Shown here: positions 25,584 to 40,960 of the stretch, piece by piece
Position numbering within the stretch: the first letter of the stretch is position 1
How the letters are laid out: every line of letters starts with the position of its first letter
Origin: the human T2T-CHM13v2.0 reference genome, Homo sapiens
Assembly: GCF_009914755.1 (NCBI RefSeq)
Contig: NC_060925.1
Strand: one strand, 5' to 3'
Length of the DNA: 64,000 nucleotides
Translations under genes and position numbers: made by a program
The notes under the pieces: generated by a model
Databases searched by the model: none
Seen by the model: the letters and a program-made list of their open reading frames with translations, nothing else
Told to the model about the DNA's origin: nothing

Positions 25584-27834
25584 AGGATGTGTTGTAATAA
25601 CCTCTCCAGAATTTCCTGGTAAGAAAATACATTCAATCTAAAGCAGGGCTACCAGTGATAAAGCTAAAACCTTGCTTGAACATGACTTTTATGATTTACT
25701 ATATTATTAATTTAACTTCCTACTGCTACATTAGCAGTTTCAGAAAAAAAGAGAATAAGAAATAACATGAGAAGAAACAAAGCAAATTTAGAATTAGCTA
25801 ACTGACTAAAAATATTTTTATATTTTTTCAGCTTGGCTGACCTTAAATTAAACATTTGTACATTTTTATGTCTGGCAGCAACAACAAAAAAAGATTCTAA
25901 ACACTAATTATAATGCTTAAGGATTTACAAAACTTTGACTCCCCATATCATTTATAAACCTTGCAATTAGCATATTTTTAAAGGATTGACTGTATAACAG
26001 GTAATATTACCATGACTCTATATTTTTAATTCATCTAATTGAATATCTATTTTGAATTTGAATTTTCAGTTTAATGAAGAAATATCCTAATATTTAAATT
26101 CTAAAGCTAAGACTTCATGTCTCTAAAATATGTATATTAAAAGCTATTAATAAAATTAAGTCAATATTCATGACAAAATTACCCTTTTCTGTTAGATTTA
26201 GATTTCTATTCGACCCCATTTTTTCTAGTAAGCACTTCTTTAGAAACAGAAAGAATAATACACCTTGATTTTCGAGAAGAAATACTCTTTAAAACTGTCC
26301 ATCAACTAATGAAACCACCAATTTAATTACTTTTCTCAATCTCAAGAATATAAAATGATCTAATTTATAATTAGTGTTATGATAAGTGCCTAATAAACTT
26401 AAAATGATTTGACATTAGGGCTGAATTTTCATTGGAACTGGTGGAAAGTTTTATAACTCAGGGATTTTCTAATCCCCAGGCATATTGATGAAATCTAACT
26501 CTAATATAAAATCATCCTGATCCTTGCTGTTTTCTGATTATAACTTTAGGTACCAAACACTACAAAAGTAAATAAATTAAAAAGTTATTGACACTTCATA
26601 AAAAGGAGCTAATTCTTATTGATTTTATTTTAATGCCATTTTTACTCTTATATTAATCATTTGTATATTTATAATATGAGCATAAGTTAAAAGATGTACC
26701 ATATGCATGTACAATTAGTATAAATCAAATTATTTTCTCATGAATCTGACATACTCACTCTTTGATGTATTAAAAAGAGCCCTGATCTGAAGAGAATATG
26801 ATATTTGAGTCTGTTTTTATTTTTAATACTTGAAATAAATCTTTCATTTTGAGTAGGTCCTTATATTAGAATTGAAAACTTTGACTAAAAAATAAAAAAC
26901 AGCTAAAAACACAAACACACACCCACAATTTTCCCCAACACACACACAGAGATTATAGCAAGTAAATCTTCTGCAAGTCTCATTTTTAAAAAGTAATTTG
27001 ATGCAGATTTTTCTTATAATATCTTTTAAACACACAATATGTTCCCAGGAAATTACAAGTGGAACGGCTAATCTAATATCCTGCCCCTTGCAGGGGACTG
27101 CAGCTGATAACTTCCAGGGAAATTGACAACTACCCAGTCTTTCCCCTCAGGAATGTACATGACTTCACAAGAAAGGTATACTCAGTTCCTTTAGAACCTG
27201 AGAAGATTCATTTGAATATAGAAGCATGACATTCAAATATCTAAAGTTCATTATAAATTTTGTGTCAGCAGAAAAAAAAATCCTATCAAGGAAAGGATCA
27301 ATCTAATCAATCAAATTAATTGTTCCAAACCTCAGAATATTTTTTCACACTCCCAGACCAACAGGCCCATCAAATGCCACAGGAAGGCTCTCTTAGGAAG
27401 AAATTTACAAATTCACAGTTCTAATGAATGGCACATAAGCTTTCATTTACTTCCACAATTGTTTTCCCATTCTGAGGCTGGACTCACGATTTTATCCATT
27501 TCTATGTAATCAATAAACATTCTCAAACATACAACTGAAATGTTTGTTTCTAATAACCCATTTTGTGTTCTAACAATCCCCTTAATTTGTATCTTCTAAA
27601 TCAAATCTCCTCATGACATTACCTGGTTTCCCAAGTTCTTCCACTAACGCCAGACACTTCCAGCCAGGATCCCACGCTAGAGCACACCACTCAAACAACT
27701 CAACACCATCTCCCCAGATTTCACTGCCTATTGTCCTATTTGTTCACCCTTCTAAAAGGGTGTCTTAAACTGTCTTAAACTAAGATTCTAATAACTGCAA
27801 AAAGTTTACTCTGTCAAAATAAGCATTATTTAAA

Positions 27835-28086
27835 TTCCCTGATACTCTGGATTGGATTCTGAAGTAGAAAGAGGAAATCAGTGGGAAACCAGATGAAATC
27901 TGAATAAATTTCAGAGTTTAAATATCAGTAATATACCACTGTTGACTTCTGTTTTTAAAAACCTGTCATGATGATGTAAAATATTAAGGGGGCGGGGATG
28001 GATGAAGCATCTATCTGGATTTTATATCATCTTTGCAACTTGTCTGTAAGACTAAAACTATTCCAAAATAGTTTATTTAAAAAATA
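27835..28086 (+). mobile_element. L1MC/MD 3' end
   Basis: ctggattggattctg...tgaaatctgaataaa...atctttgcaactt...ctaaaactattccaaaata then A tail. Confidence 0.7.
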
Positions 28087-28299
28087 AGTGTTGTGTTTTT
28101 AAAAGAGACTTCATTGTATTGACACAAAGGATGAGGAAGATGGAAATTGCAGATACAGTGTTAGTTTTGCAACAAGAGAAGTTTGAGATGAAGAAAGTGT
28201 AGTCACTCCTTGTTTTACCCCACAAACGCAGTTGCCTCTTTCTGCCTTTGCATAAAGGTTGGCTGTGAAGGAAATTCCATTTATTTGCATGGCATCTGC

Positions 28300-28790
28300 T
28301 CAGGCAACTACATAATCTCAGATTTGCTTTTCAGAGAGATGAATCCTGTTGCATTATGGAGTATGGCCTTTAGAAAGGAAAGAGAAGTTGCCAGGTGAGC
28401 ACTTAAGGCTCTGTTGCAGGAACGTTAGGCAAAAGTTGTGATAGACTAGTGAAAGTAAAGAGAAACTGAAATGAATAAATCAGGAAATATGAAGAAAGTA
28501 TATAACATGAAGAAAATAGATAATGGCAAGAGTGAGGGAAGAATGAAAAATGACTCCCAGGTTTGCTTGTCACTGAGTAGATGATTGAAAAATTGACTGG
28601 GAAAAAAAGTTATAGAAGGAGACATGTGGATAGAGGGCAAAGATGATGAGCATATAGATGCTTAGACGCTTATGGAGATTTTAAGTGGCAATGGAAATGA
28701 TAATAAGCTCAGAAGAAGGGTTGAACTGCAGGTGAAGACTGGACAACCATCAGCCTGAAAGTGATGTGGATAAATTTCCTGAAGATTACT
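28300..28790 (-). mobile_element. L2 fragment
   Basis: aatgactcccaggtttg...aagatgatgag...gctcagaagaagggttg resemble degenerate L2. Confidence 0.5.
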
Positions 28791-30054
28791 TAAAAAGTTA
28801 TTAAGATGATCCAAGTAGAATGCATAGGTTCAGAAATGAATAAAAACTAAAGTTCCAAATCATATAAATACACAGCCCAGAGATTATAAATCAGGCTATT
28901 CCTTAGACAGATTCAAGTATTATGCTAAGAAATGTATTCAAAAAAGTTGTTTGTAAGGAAAAAAAACCTGATTGTTAAAAAACTAATTTTGCCTCATGTA
29001 AATGTTTACATCATGTTTCATTGTTCATCCCTAAGAAATACCACAGTTAATAGAGAAAAGCAAATATATAGCTACATATAGAAAGAAATAATACACATGT
29101 AATCATTATTAACTGTTTCCACAGACACATGTTTATTTCTCTACAGTCATAACTTCATAAAAACAGCATAAAGAGTTTTCTTTAATATTAAAGGATCAAT
29201 GGGTCTTTTTACTAACAATATCTTTAGTTATATTTTGGTTGAAACGAAGTTAGTAAAGCTCTAGAATGACAAATTCTACAAGATATTTAAACAATTTTCT
29301 CATTAGGCAAGTTTTCTCTTCAGTTTGATTACTGATCTACATTAACATATAATTTTTCCTTGTTTAGATTTCTCTATTGAAAGAGATCTGCTTCACAGCA
29401 AGATAAGGCATTAGCAGTTGCACTTAACAATTTCATATAGCAGTAGTTGTAGAATTGAACTGAGTATCAAGCATATGACTTCTTGTTCCCTTAAGAAGAG
29501 TATTTCATTTCAATGTGAATTTCACATTGGAAAAAACTGAAATAATGATTATGTTGCACTTGGAAATCTGCACATAAAACACCAAAAATATTCACAGAGG
29601 AATGTGTGTATGTGTGTGCGTGCACACACACACACATAATTATAAAATTTTGGCATTCACACACACATAATTATAAAACACACACACACATAATTATAAA
29701 ATTTTGGCATTCAAAAACCTCCATCCATAGAAAAAATTACATTTGCTTTATTCATATTTATTAAACACTACTTATCCTAACTTCGATGTTAAAAAATTTT
29801 ATATTGAATCTCATCAAAGGTAAGCCTACAAAGTCCATCCCAGGCCAACAAATGTCTTAGTAACATGGTAATCATTCAGAAGCTTAACTGAAAAATAGGA
29901 AATTGATGAGTCTAAGAGAAGGCTGGAAAGGTGAGACTCTATAAGCTACAAAAATCCTTTTGGTGATAACAGAGTTAAATCTTGGCCTCTTCTCTCCGTT
30001 TTTAATTTCCACTATCCTTGGGAATAAGGATGATCTGGCTTGAATATCTTATTT

Positions 30055-30890
30055 TAGTTTTGTTTTTCAACTTTTATTTTAGGTTATTACATTATGCTTG
30101 GGTTTGGTGTACAAGTGATTTCATCACTCACGTAGTGAGCATAGTACCCAATAGGTAGTGTCTATTTTTCCCATCTGTGTTCACATGGACACAATGTTTA
30201 GCTCCCACTTATAGCTAAGAACAGGAGGTATTTGGCTTTCTGTCTCTGAATTAATTTGCTTATGATAATGACCTCCAGCTGCATCCACATTGCTGCAAAG
30301 GACATGATTTGGTTTTTGTTTTATAGCTGTGGAGTTTTCTATGGTATATATGTAGCATATTATCTTTACCCAGTTGATGGACATCTTGGTTGAGTACCCA
30401 TCTTTACTAATGTGATGAATATATGAGTGCATGTGTCTTTTCGGTAGAACAATATATATATTCCTTTGGGTAAATATCCAGTCATGGGACTGCTGGGTCA
30501 AATGGTAGTTCTGTTTTAAGTTCTTTGAGAAATCTCCAAACTGCATGGCACAGAGGCTGAACTAATTTACATTCCCACCAGTGTATAAGTGTTCCCTTTT
30601 CTCTGCCACTTTGCCAACATCTGTTATTTTTTGACTTTTAATAATAGCCATTCTGACTGGTGTGAGATGGCATCTCATAGTGGTTTGATTTGCATGTCTC
30701 TGATTAGTGATGTTGAGCACTTTTTATATGCTTGTTTGCTGTATGTATGTCCTCTTTTGAGCAGTCTCTGTTCATGTCCTTTGCCCAATTTGTAATTGGG
30801 TTGTTTTTTGCTTGTTGAATTGTTTAAGTTCCTTATAGATTCTGGGCATTAGACCTTTGTCAGATGCAGTTTGTGAGTTTTTCTAGTTTT
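30055..30890 (-). mobile_element. L1 3' fragment (L1PB/L1PA16-type) with internal deletions
   Basis: tttagctcccacttata...ctaatttacattcccacca...atagccattctgactggtgtgagatgg...ttagacctttgtcagatgca. Confidence 0.9.
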
Positions 30891-32434
30891 AAATCATCTT
30901 GTGATACTAATAAAATTTTTATTTGATTAACTGGAGACAGATCCTGCAGAAAGAATATGGATCTGTATATGTTAACTTGAAAAACAGAAGTTGTATTCTA
31001 TAGGAATGATTTTAATTATTTACATTATTAAGATAAAATATGGCTCTTCTGCGACTCATAATGGATACTTGAAAGCTATGGATCCTGCAAATATTACAAC
31101 TTAAATATAAGGAATATGGAATGACTGTTGTCTCTATGGACTAACAAATCTAGGTAGCCTTTGTGGCACTAGATTTGTAAAAAGGTTTGACATGACTTTA
31201 AAATAATGATGTTTCTTTTTATGTTATACCACTTAATGATATAAAAGTTATTTTAAAATACATTAAGCCATTATGATATAAACAATGGTGTTGTATCCAG
31301 TGTTATTGAACTGGATAGAGAAAGAAAGAAGCCAAATTAGACTCTCTTAAAACGGCTAAACAAAATGTGTTCAAATTTTAACTCTACAGCTTGCTAATTT
31401 TATGACTTAAGTAAGATAAATTCCACACCTAAAAAATATGGTTAATAATATTTACCTCAAAATTATTTTTAACAACTTGGAATGACATAAGGAAATAATT
31501 CTATAAATTGAAAAGTACTTATGTGTGTACTCATTATGTTTGTCATATTGCTTAATCAACATGAAAGCCAAGCAAGTTGTCTTTATTTTGATGAATAAAA
31601 TTCAAGAAATTGAATAGGCAAAGTGAAATACAATTTTCTCAGTTTTAGAATATGGAAATGCACACAATGATAGAGTCCTGTTGAAACAAAAGTATTTCAC
31701 ATGCAATATGTATTAACTCAGTTTGTATTTATAATATACACAACTGTTTTCAAACACAATATTCTTCCCAAACTTTGGAAGTAGCATCTTTATGTGCCTA
31801 TCATTTAAGTCAAGAAGGACATAAATTGTACTAACCACTTGTTCACAGCAGGTGAAGAATGCCAATAAATTAATGTACAGATCTGCATAATTCTAATATT
31901 ATAGATAGTAAAGTCAAAAGAGCTCTCCAAAAAGTTCTAACACACACAAAGTTCTAGGGCTCTTTTATCCTGTTTTAGAGTATTGTCAAGGATGGTAGAA
32001 AAATCCACTTTATGTTCTAATAAAATGGTTTTTCGATGAGTCCTAGAGAAGTCAGCCATTTCCTTCAAAAATAATAATAGAATGTGTAGAAGCACATAAA
32101 CTCTTTCAATGTGCATCGAATAATAGAGAAATTGTTAAACATTTAACTGACCTAAGAAGCTATACAAGTCACCCAAACAGCATGTGACCTTAATAAAGAG
32201 GTGGATATGGGTATTACCAGGTGGCAAAGAGCAATGAAAAAAAAGAAAATAAGTGCAGTATAAAATGTGCAGAGTTCAGGAAAATGACAGTAGCCTCCGA
32301 AAAAGCATCAGAAAAAAGAAGTGACAACAAAATATTCTAGCAACGAGTAGATTATAAAATACACAGATCATATAAATACAAGAAATCCAGAAAGTAAAAA
32401 TCTAGTAATAATGCTAAATCTCAAAAGTCTATGA

Positions 32435-32828
<394 letters not shown>

Positions 32829-33569
32829 TAAGTAATAAACCGAGCATTTAGTAAATATAGAAAGCCTGTTATATCCCCTGTTATATGCATGAAATGATGA
32901 CACGAGAAATGAATTAACATGGCAAAAAATAAAGACTCTGACATATAGCAACTGAAGATTTATAATGTCTCATGAAATGCTGATATTTAAGTCATATTGT
33001 CTGATCAAAGTGGAAACCAATAAGGTTGTCTTTACTTTGAGGAGTAAAATCCATGTAATTGGCAATGTGAACAATATCCCATAGGCAAAATGAATACCAT
33101 ATTCTCAACTTTAAAAAAGAAGGCATACAGGGCCGCGTGCATCTCTGTCATGGACACACGTGATTGATCCTTTAACTGTATTCTTAATCACCGCATATGC
33201 ATGCCAGGCTGGGCATGGCTCCGAGGGCGGCCAGGGACAGACGTATGATACAAGACTATTAGAATTAATACTAATTTCATATGTAAAATATATCACCTCA
33301 ATTTACAGGATAGGAGGTATAAGAATTAGAGATAAAAATTAAACACAGATGGTTACCTAAAATTAGTTGATTTTATTATTTATAGAGTAAGTGCTTAGTA
33401 GTTGAATTAATAATTTAGTAATTGAATTAATAATTTGTCTCTATGGTTCATTATGTTTTTCTAAGTTAAATGTTTCCAAGCTTCAGATAAGAATCTTAAT
33501 AAAACAGGCCATCAACTATGCTAGGCCATTATATTACTTTCTTTAATCAAAATGGCAAAGACTTTTATT

Positions 33570-33950
33570 TTTAATGATAAAAACTCATTGTTGAAAAAGT
33601 TTAGAGAAATAGGACTTGCAAAAGCAAATAGGTAAAGTGTGTCTAATGGGAAGATTGGAAATAATTATCAAAATACACATTCTGCTTAAAATTTGATCTA
33701 GCAATCTCATTTCTAAGAATTTACATTGATATAACTATATATGTATAAAATATGTGTACACTAGGATGTTCGTCACAGTAATACAATAGTGGATAAGGAG
33801 AAATAACCCTTAAGTTTAATAGAGGATTGGTTAAAGAAATCAACAAATAATTTGCAGGTGATAGCTGTTATGTACAAGAATCATATTTATTGGTATAGAA
33901 ATATTAAAGCTTGATATTGAAGTCTCATACATTCACATGGTAAATATGAT
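33570..33950 (+). mobile_element. Old L1ME fragment
   Basis: tttgatctagcaatctcatttctaagaattta...aggatgttc...gaggattggttaaa. Confidence 0.55.
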
Positions 33951-35084
33951 TAAATTCAATTAACTTACTCCTTTAAAATGTTATACAATTTAAAATTATT
34001 TCTCATAGATCAACTTTACAATCCCATGAGAATTTTTTTTCTTTTTAAATGACAAGAAGACAATCAGGGAAGTTAATATCACTCATAATGATGTGGGTTA
34101 TAAGTTTTTCGATACAATAAATCACAAATTTAATATTAACAGATATTACGTAGATTTTAGTGGCCAATATTGTCAGGTTTAACTGGAAATAAATTGATAA
34201 CACCTCAGTGAATTCAGTGATATTGAGTATCTAAAATATACAGAACTGATCCCACTAGTATGAGCATAAAATTCAACTACCTATTCATTTTTTCCTTGGA
34301 TATATGTCAGCTTCATTATGAGCAGAGGTATACTTCATTTCATTGTTAATTTTGCTTCCCTAGGCCATTTCTCTGAGATTAACCAGGACTTCTGCCTACC
34401 AAAGCTACATTTTTTTTCTATTTCTGATTCTGATTTGACTATTTCTGATTCTATTTTGAAAAGAATATGCAAGTGTCTTTTAATTTCTCTGCTTATTATT
34501 AAGAGAAAAGGGGCATCTATGTAAATTGTGACTTACATAAGAAAAATAAAAACATATAACGACCTATTACTCTAACTTAAAAGAATATCTGTAACAAAGG
34601 AATTAAAGTACTAAGGCAGTTTCATAGATTCTATGAAGAAGAGAGATGTTTCTCAAATGAGGTGTGTCATGCAATTAATATAAAACTGTAGTCAAATCTT
34701 TGTGCTATAATCTTACTGCCTCAGGCAATAGTACAGATGAGAAAAGGGGGTCAGCATAGGCAGGGAAAAGTAAAAAAAAAAATTGAATCATGCTCCAAAC
34801 CCCAAAAACCTACACACACAGAATAGATATTCTTTGCCTTTTCCATATTATAAGTAGGATTAGGTATATGAGCTTATTGATTTAAACAGAAGTATTCTAA
34901 TTCAGTGATAAATTTCATCTTTTATACTTGTTTATAGTAAGCTAAAATCATGTGGTGAAGAGCTCCCTAAAGGTTGAGGGAAGAAGAAAAATATAAATTT
35001 TTAAACATTTTATATTTCTACGTCCAACATTGTTATTAATATTATATATCAACTGGTATTGTTATATATGAGGTAATAGGTGTT

Positions 35085-36065
35085 GAGAAGAATTTAAAGC
35101 TGAATAAATATTTAACTTATCCTTATGGAATAAGAAGTCTAAAAGGAGAGATAAGATATGGTCACACACTAGAAGTACACAAGATAGAAAGTGATAAAGC
35201 ATATAATAGGTGTTACGAAAGTTCAGAGGAGCAACAGATCATTTCCAGTTCTGTGGATCAGAGATGGGAAATCATGCAAGCAAAGCTTTGAAATCCATGG
35301 GTAGAATTTAGACAACTAAAGACGGTGAGGTTAAATCAATTCCAGAGGGAGTTTGAAATATGGACAGATGTATGAAATGGTTCAGAATTCAAGAAAAGTG
35401 TGGTGTGGGGAAAGAATTTTCCTAAAGTAGAAGCTACTTTGACCCAATAAACTTCGAAATAAAATCTAGAAAATCAGGTTGAAGCCAGATTTTGGCAGAC
35501 ATTGAAAGTCATCTTAAAAGGTTTACACAAAATTTGGTAAATGACAGAGGCATGTAAGATTCTAGGGCAAAAAAACAAAATGAGATCTTATGTTTTTCAG
35601 TAAGACTCTTCTAAGATATGTAGGATGGATTGGAAGGAGAACAATCTGGAGACAGTACAATTAGTTAAGAGACGCATTAATCACTAAGAAGTGAGGGCAT
35701 GGACAAACGGAATGTTGCTGGAGTTGGAGAGTTATAGATAAATGTGAGCGATATCTAAATGAGACCTGACAAGTCATTATCTTCATGTGAAGTTATGTTA
35801 ATGATAACTCTGAAGCTTTTAATTTCAGTGACTACAAGTATAGTTAAGTCAAAACAAAAAATAAGGATTGAATGATAGACAATTGAAAATGAATTCAGTT
35901 TTAAACACTTTGAATTTGATGAGCTGAGGGGTAACCATGTGTATCTGTGCAATAGTTGGGAATGTGGCACTGAGATGTATTTTGTAATTAATTAGGTGAT
36001 TATGATGTAGTAGATTGTATCAGTGCTTGTGTATGTGGTAGTAACTGAAACCTATGGTTGATGTA
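35085..36065 (-). mobile_element. L2 fragment
   Basis: agatcatttccag...gccagatt...ggatggattggaagg...aatgaattcagttttaaacac. Confidence 0.55.
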
Positions 36066-36279
36066 TATGTTATGGCTCTACTCAACTAGACTACTTTAAG
36101 AAAGACTATAATGGAACATATGAATCCCTGAATAAATAATAGCTCTACATTCTTGTTAATGTCCGGCTGTATGCAGCCACGCAAATTTTGTGGAATTTAT
36201 TTTCTCCCTCGTTTCTGGATCAAAAAGTTGTAAGTGATCTGATTTTAAAAAAAAATCTATTTTAAATAAATATGACTGT

Positions 36280-36631
<352 letters not shown>

Positions 36632-37767
36632 TCAAAAAATTTGACATATTTAAAAACCTATTGAGTGGCACAATGAGAGTAACTTAAAAATTAAGGTACA
36701 GGTATTTGATAAAATACTAGAAGATTATGAAAATCATGAGTTAGAAAAATAATAAAACATTTTGAAACATTTACTACTTTAAATATTTTTTAAAAATTTA
36801 GACACAAGGGTCTCTACTTTTGTTAAAAGATTGAAAATGTATTTATCTCTTTTCCTTTGAGACCATTTAAAAGTAATATTAAATGAATGAACATTGCATA
36901 TATCCACAACAATGAAGATATTTAGAGAACGGTCTTAAATAAAAAGAAATCCTTTTTAATTTTGGGGAAATTATTTGATGCAAAAAAAATACAACAGGGA
37001 AAATGAAGTAGAATCTTAGACTGAGGGCTTACCATGGTAAAAATTACTAATAAAGAAGTAAAATTCAGGATGTTCATAATCTAACTGATAAGCTTAAGGT
37101 ACAGAAAAAGAAAACAGACTTGAAAAGAGAAAATTATTTTTAAAATAATGAAAGAAGAATTCCAAGAGCTGAACATAAAGCTCCATATTTAAAAGATAAA
37201 TCAACTCAGTAAATGAAAAAAGAACCATGCAAAGGAACAGAATCAAAATATCTCATAAAACCAGTAATAAAAATGCAAAGAAATGAGAATTATATGGGAT
37301 CAGTAATCAGTAAGATTGGATAGAAAAAGACAATGGAGCAATACCATCAAATTTATAAAGGGAAATGTTTTTCAGCCTAAAATTTAATCCCTGCCAAACT
37401 GTCAATTGAATATCAATAGGCAAAAAAGTCAACCTTGTTCGAAACTTCACACCTTATACTTAAAAAATTAGTTTTAAATGAATCATAGATTTAAATGTAA
37501 CTCTAAAATGGTTAGAATATAACAGGAGAAAGTATTTGGGATCTAGGACCTGGGGAAGAGTCATTAGACATGACATCAAGAGCACAATTCATAAAAGAAA
37601 CAACAATAAATTGAACTTTACCAAAATTAAAAACCTTTGTTCTGTGAAAAAGCCTGCTAAGAGAATGAAAAGGCAAACCACATACTAGGAAGTAATATTT
37701 GCAAGCTGCATATCTAATAAGGAGTTCATATCTACTATACATAAAGAATTCTCAAAACTCAACAGTT

Positions 37768-37925
37768 TAGCCAGACATGGCGCCTGTGCCTCACACCTGT
37801 AGTCCTAGCTACTCCGGCGGCTGAGGCAGGAAGATGGATTGAGCCCAGCAGTTCAAAGCTGCAGTCAGTGAGCTACAGTCATGCCACTGCATTCCAGCCT
37901 GGGTGACAGAGCAAGATACTCTCCT
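37768..37925 (+). mobile_element. Alu monomer (FRAM or AluJ right arm)
   Basis: cctgtagtcctagctactc...gccactgcattccagcctgggtgacagagcaaga. Confidence 0.8.
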
Positions 37926-38275
37926 CCTATCCAAAAGTCTCAAAAAAATTTTTTTAAATAAAAAAAAACCTCAACTGTTAAAAAAAAATAACAACTAACA
38001 ATTAGAAAGAAGGTAAAATACAAGAGGCATTTCATTGAAGAGAACACATAGATGGCAAATATCACATGAAAAAAAGGGTCAACATCACGAGCTGTTAGGG
38101 AATTAAAATTAAGACCAAGATGAGTTATCACTGCCGATCTAGGTAATAGAACAGATAAAAATGTCTTTAATGACAAAACAAAAATCTCATTAGGATGCAG
38201 AAACAGTGCACCTCTCATACACTGCAGGTAGCATATAAAGTGATTGTCTCTGAAAATAATTTGGCAGTTTCTTAA

Positions 38276-38277
<2 letters not shown>

Positions 38278-38311
<34 letters not shown>
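38278..38311. repeat. (CA)n microsatellite
   Basis: Pure AC run, directly visible. Confidence 0.95.
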
Positions 38312-38313
<2 letters not shown>

Positions 38314-40179
38314 ACCATAGGACCCATCAATTGTAATCCTACACATTTAATCCAGATAAATAAAATGTATGTCTATACAAACACCTACACTATTCATAGC
38401 AGCTCTATGTGTCATAGATCAAAACCCCTAAATAAGAAGTGTCCTTAAGTAGTGAATGATTAAATTAACAGTGATACACACATACTATGACATACTACTC
38501 AGCAATAAAAAGGCAAGGGCTAGTCACATGCGAAATGATGTGGATTAATCACAAGAACACTATGCTGATTGGAAAGAGCCCATCTCAAAAGCTCATGTAA
38601 GGTATGATCGTATTTTTATAATATTCTCAAAATGACAAAAAAAAAAAAAAAAAAAGAGATGAGTGGTTTCCAGGGGTTAGGGATGATGCAGAGAAGGTAC
38701 TATAAGGGCATAACATAAGGGAGATCTTTGATGTAATGGAATAGTTCTGTGTCTTGACTTCATTGGTGGTTATGTAAATCTACAAATGTGACAAAATGAC
38801 AAAGGGCAAACACATATACCCCAGTGTCAACTACTGGTTTGTTACTGCACTATAATTATATAAGATGCAAACCATGCCAACCACTGGGATAGACTGTGCA
38901 AAGGATCTGAAACCTGTCTGTTCTGTCTTTATATCTGCCTGTGAATATATAATTATGTCAAAATAAAAAGCTGAAAAAAGTAAAAACATGTTTATGACTT
39001 AAAATATAATTCAAAATTATTAATCCTTTGGAAAAAGTTTACTTTAACATATGGCTCTCTAAAAACATCATAATTATAAAAAGATGTATATATAGCATTG
39101 TCTTTGGGTCTGCATGCCTTTGCTAATCTAGGCTACGTTTCTCGACAGTGAACTTTTCAACATAAGTGTAGTAGAAAGTATATTTGGACTTAAAGAGACC
39201 TGAGCTTCAATTCCCCATCCAGCAGTTATTAATTTAAAGAGCGTACTTGTCATGTAACCATGAGTAAAAAATCTTAATGCTCACTTTAGGTTATCACCTT
39301 TAAAGAAGAGATAATAAATAGTTATATGCTATTACAGTCAAGATCAAATACAGTTTATGAAGTATTTTCTACTAACATTCTTCCATTTTTGTTTTAGAAT
39401 TGAATTATATTCTATATTGGGATTCTATACTGAATTCTATTTCAGGAAGAATTAGATCTTTTCATAGGACAATGAGTACAATATACTTTTAAAGTTATAT
39501 CATGGAAGGTCACTGGACATTGTTTCTATTTCTAGCTTAAAAACTTGATAAAATAAAAAAGAGGCCTCTGAATTGTGTTGTAATATATGTAAGAAACTTG
39601 GGACACAAAAAACACAGAAAAACACAGATGCTGAAGAGAAAAGAGCTATTGGAAATAAAGAATGAGTTGCAAAAGTTTAAACAGACAGTAGGAAATATGT
39701 GGTATTTATGAGTATGTATATTTAACTACTAAGAGAACAATCCCACAGAATAAACAGCATGAAGCATGTGAAATCATTTGTTAAATTTGCAAAAGAATAT
39801 GTGTTCCATCTCTCTTTTTCTCTTTCTCCACTTTCTTTCCCTTCCCCCAACAAGATTGGGTTGACACGTCTTTTAAAATAAACCATAATCCACTTGTCAC
39901 TTATGTCATTACAAAGCTTGAAAGCCTGCCTAATGAGTTTGCACAAATCCTCTTTTTAACATGTATTTCATATACTCTTCTAATTAAATATTTATCACCA
40001 TATCTGGACCTACAAATAACAGTATTAAGGTATGATCCCGAATAAACCTGTTCATTGTATTATTCTCACAGAGCTTAGCTTCCCTAAAAAAAATCATTTC
40101 ATGGGTCATCAGGATGAAGCTTGCTACTTTTATTCTTTTGTTGCAGCAAAGGATGAACATAATTTGAAATTTTAAATCG

Positions 40180-40395
40180 TGAAAGAACATGGATTTTGGA
40201 ATCAGTTAAACCTGTTTGAATCCTTTCTCCACCACTTAAACTAAGTAACTTTTGGGAAGAAGGAAATGATTCTCTGAGCTTATTTTCTCACATATATAAT
40301 GAGGATCTTAGAATTTTTATAAGAATGAAATTAGATACTCTCTTTAAAGCTAGTATGCAGTGTGTTGCACATGATAGCAGCTTACTAATAGAGAT
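40180..40395 (+). mobile_element. MIR
   Basis: gaaagaacatggattttggaatcag...tttgaatcct...ctctgagcttattttctca. Confidence 0.7.
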
Positions 40396-40489
40396 CATTG
40401 TCACTAATAATTTACTTAAGAACCTCTTCCTCATTTTTGGTTACTCATTTTTTGAGTGTGTTCCTTAGTTTTACGTATTGTTTTTCTAC

Positions 40490-40960
40490 CTATCCATTTC
40501 ATTTATTCTTTTTGCAAATACTCACTGGACATTCATATAGTGCTAGGCACTATACCATGTGTTGTGAGATGTACAAGACTGTGTCTCTACCTTAGATAAG
40601 AAAAAAGACTGGAACATTGGATATTGCAGTAGAAAATATGTAATCAGCAGCATCGCAATGCTACCAACGGAAGGTTATTGATAGGTTGGTTCTTTGGAGA
40701 ACACCAAAGGCTTCTAAGAGGGTATAATTTTTAAGCTATGCCTTGAGAAATTACAGAAGACAAAAACTGGGTAGAGAATTCCAAGTAGAAGAAATTTCAT
40801 GAACAGAAGTAGTTATGAAACAGTGGGACTTTCAGGGAATACCAGGCAGTCAGTGTGTCTGAGAGGGAAAACAAAAACACAAACACCTGTGTTTTAGAAA
40901 AACAGTTTATATACTACCAGGCTAGCATTTTGGACTTCTAGGTAATCATTGGGAAATCAA
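40490..40960 (-). mobile_element. L2 fragment
   Basis: catttattc...caaatactcactg...gctaggcact...gaattccaagtaga. Confidence 0.5.

Larger units (their letters stand above)
37150..38980 (+). mobile_element. L1M (L1MB/MC/MD-type) ORF2 end and 3'UTR, interrupted by an Alu monomer and (CA)n
   Basis: gaatcatagatttaaatgtaa, aaaattaaaaacctttgttctgtgaaa, cagtttcttaaa, atactactcagcaataaaaagg. Confidence 0.8.

Noticed and set aside
25421-25636. Poly-(His-Thr) ORF
   Set aside because: Translation of the (GTGTAT)n microsatellite.
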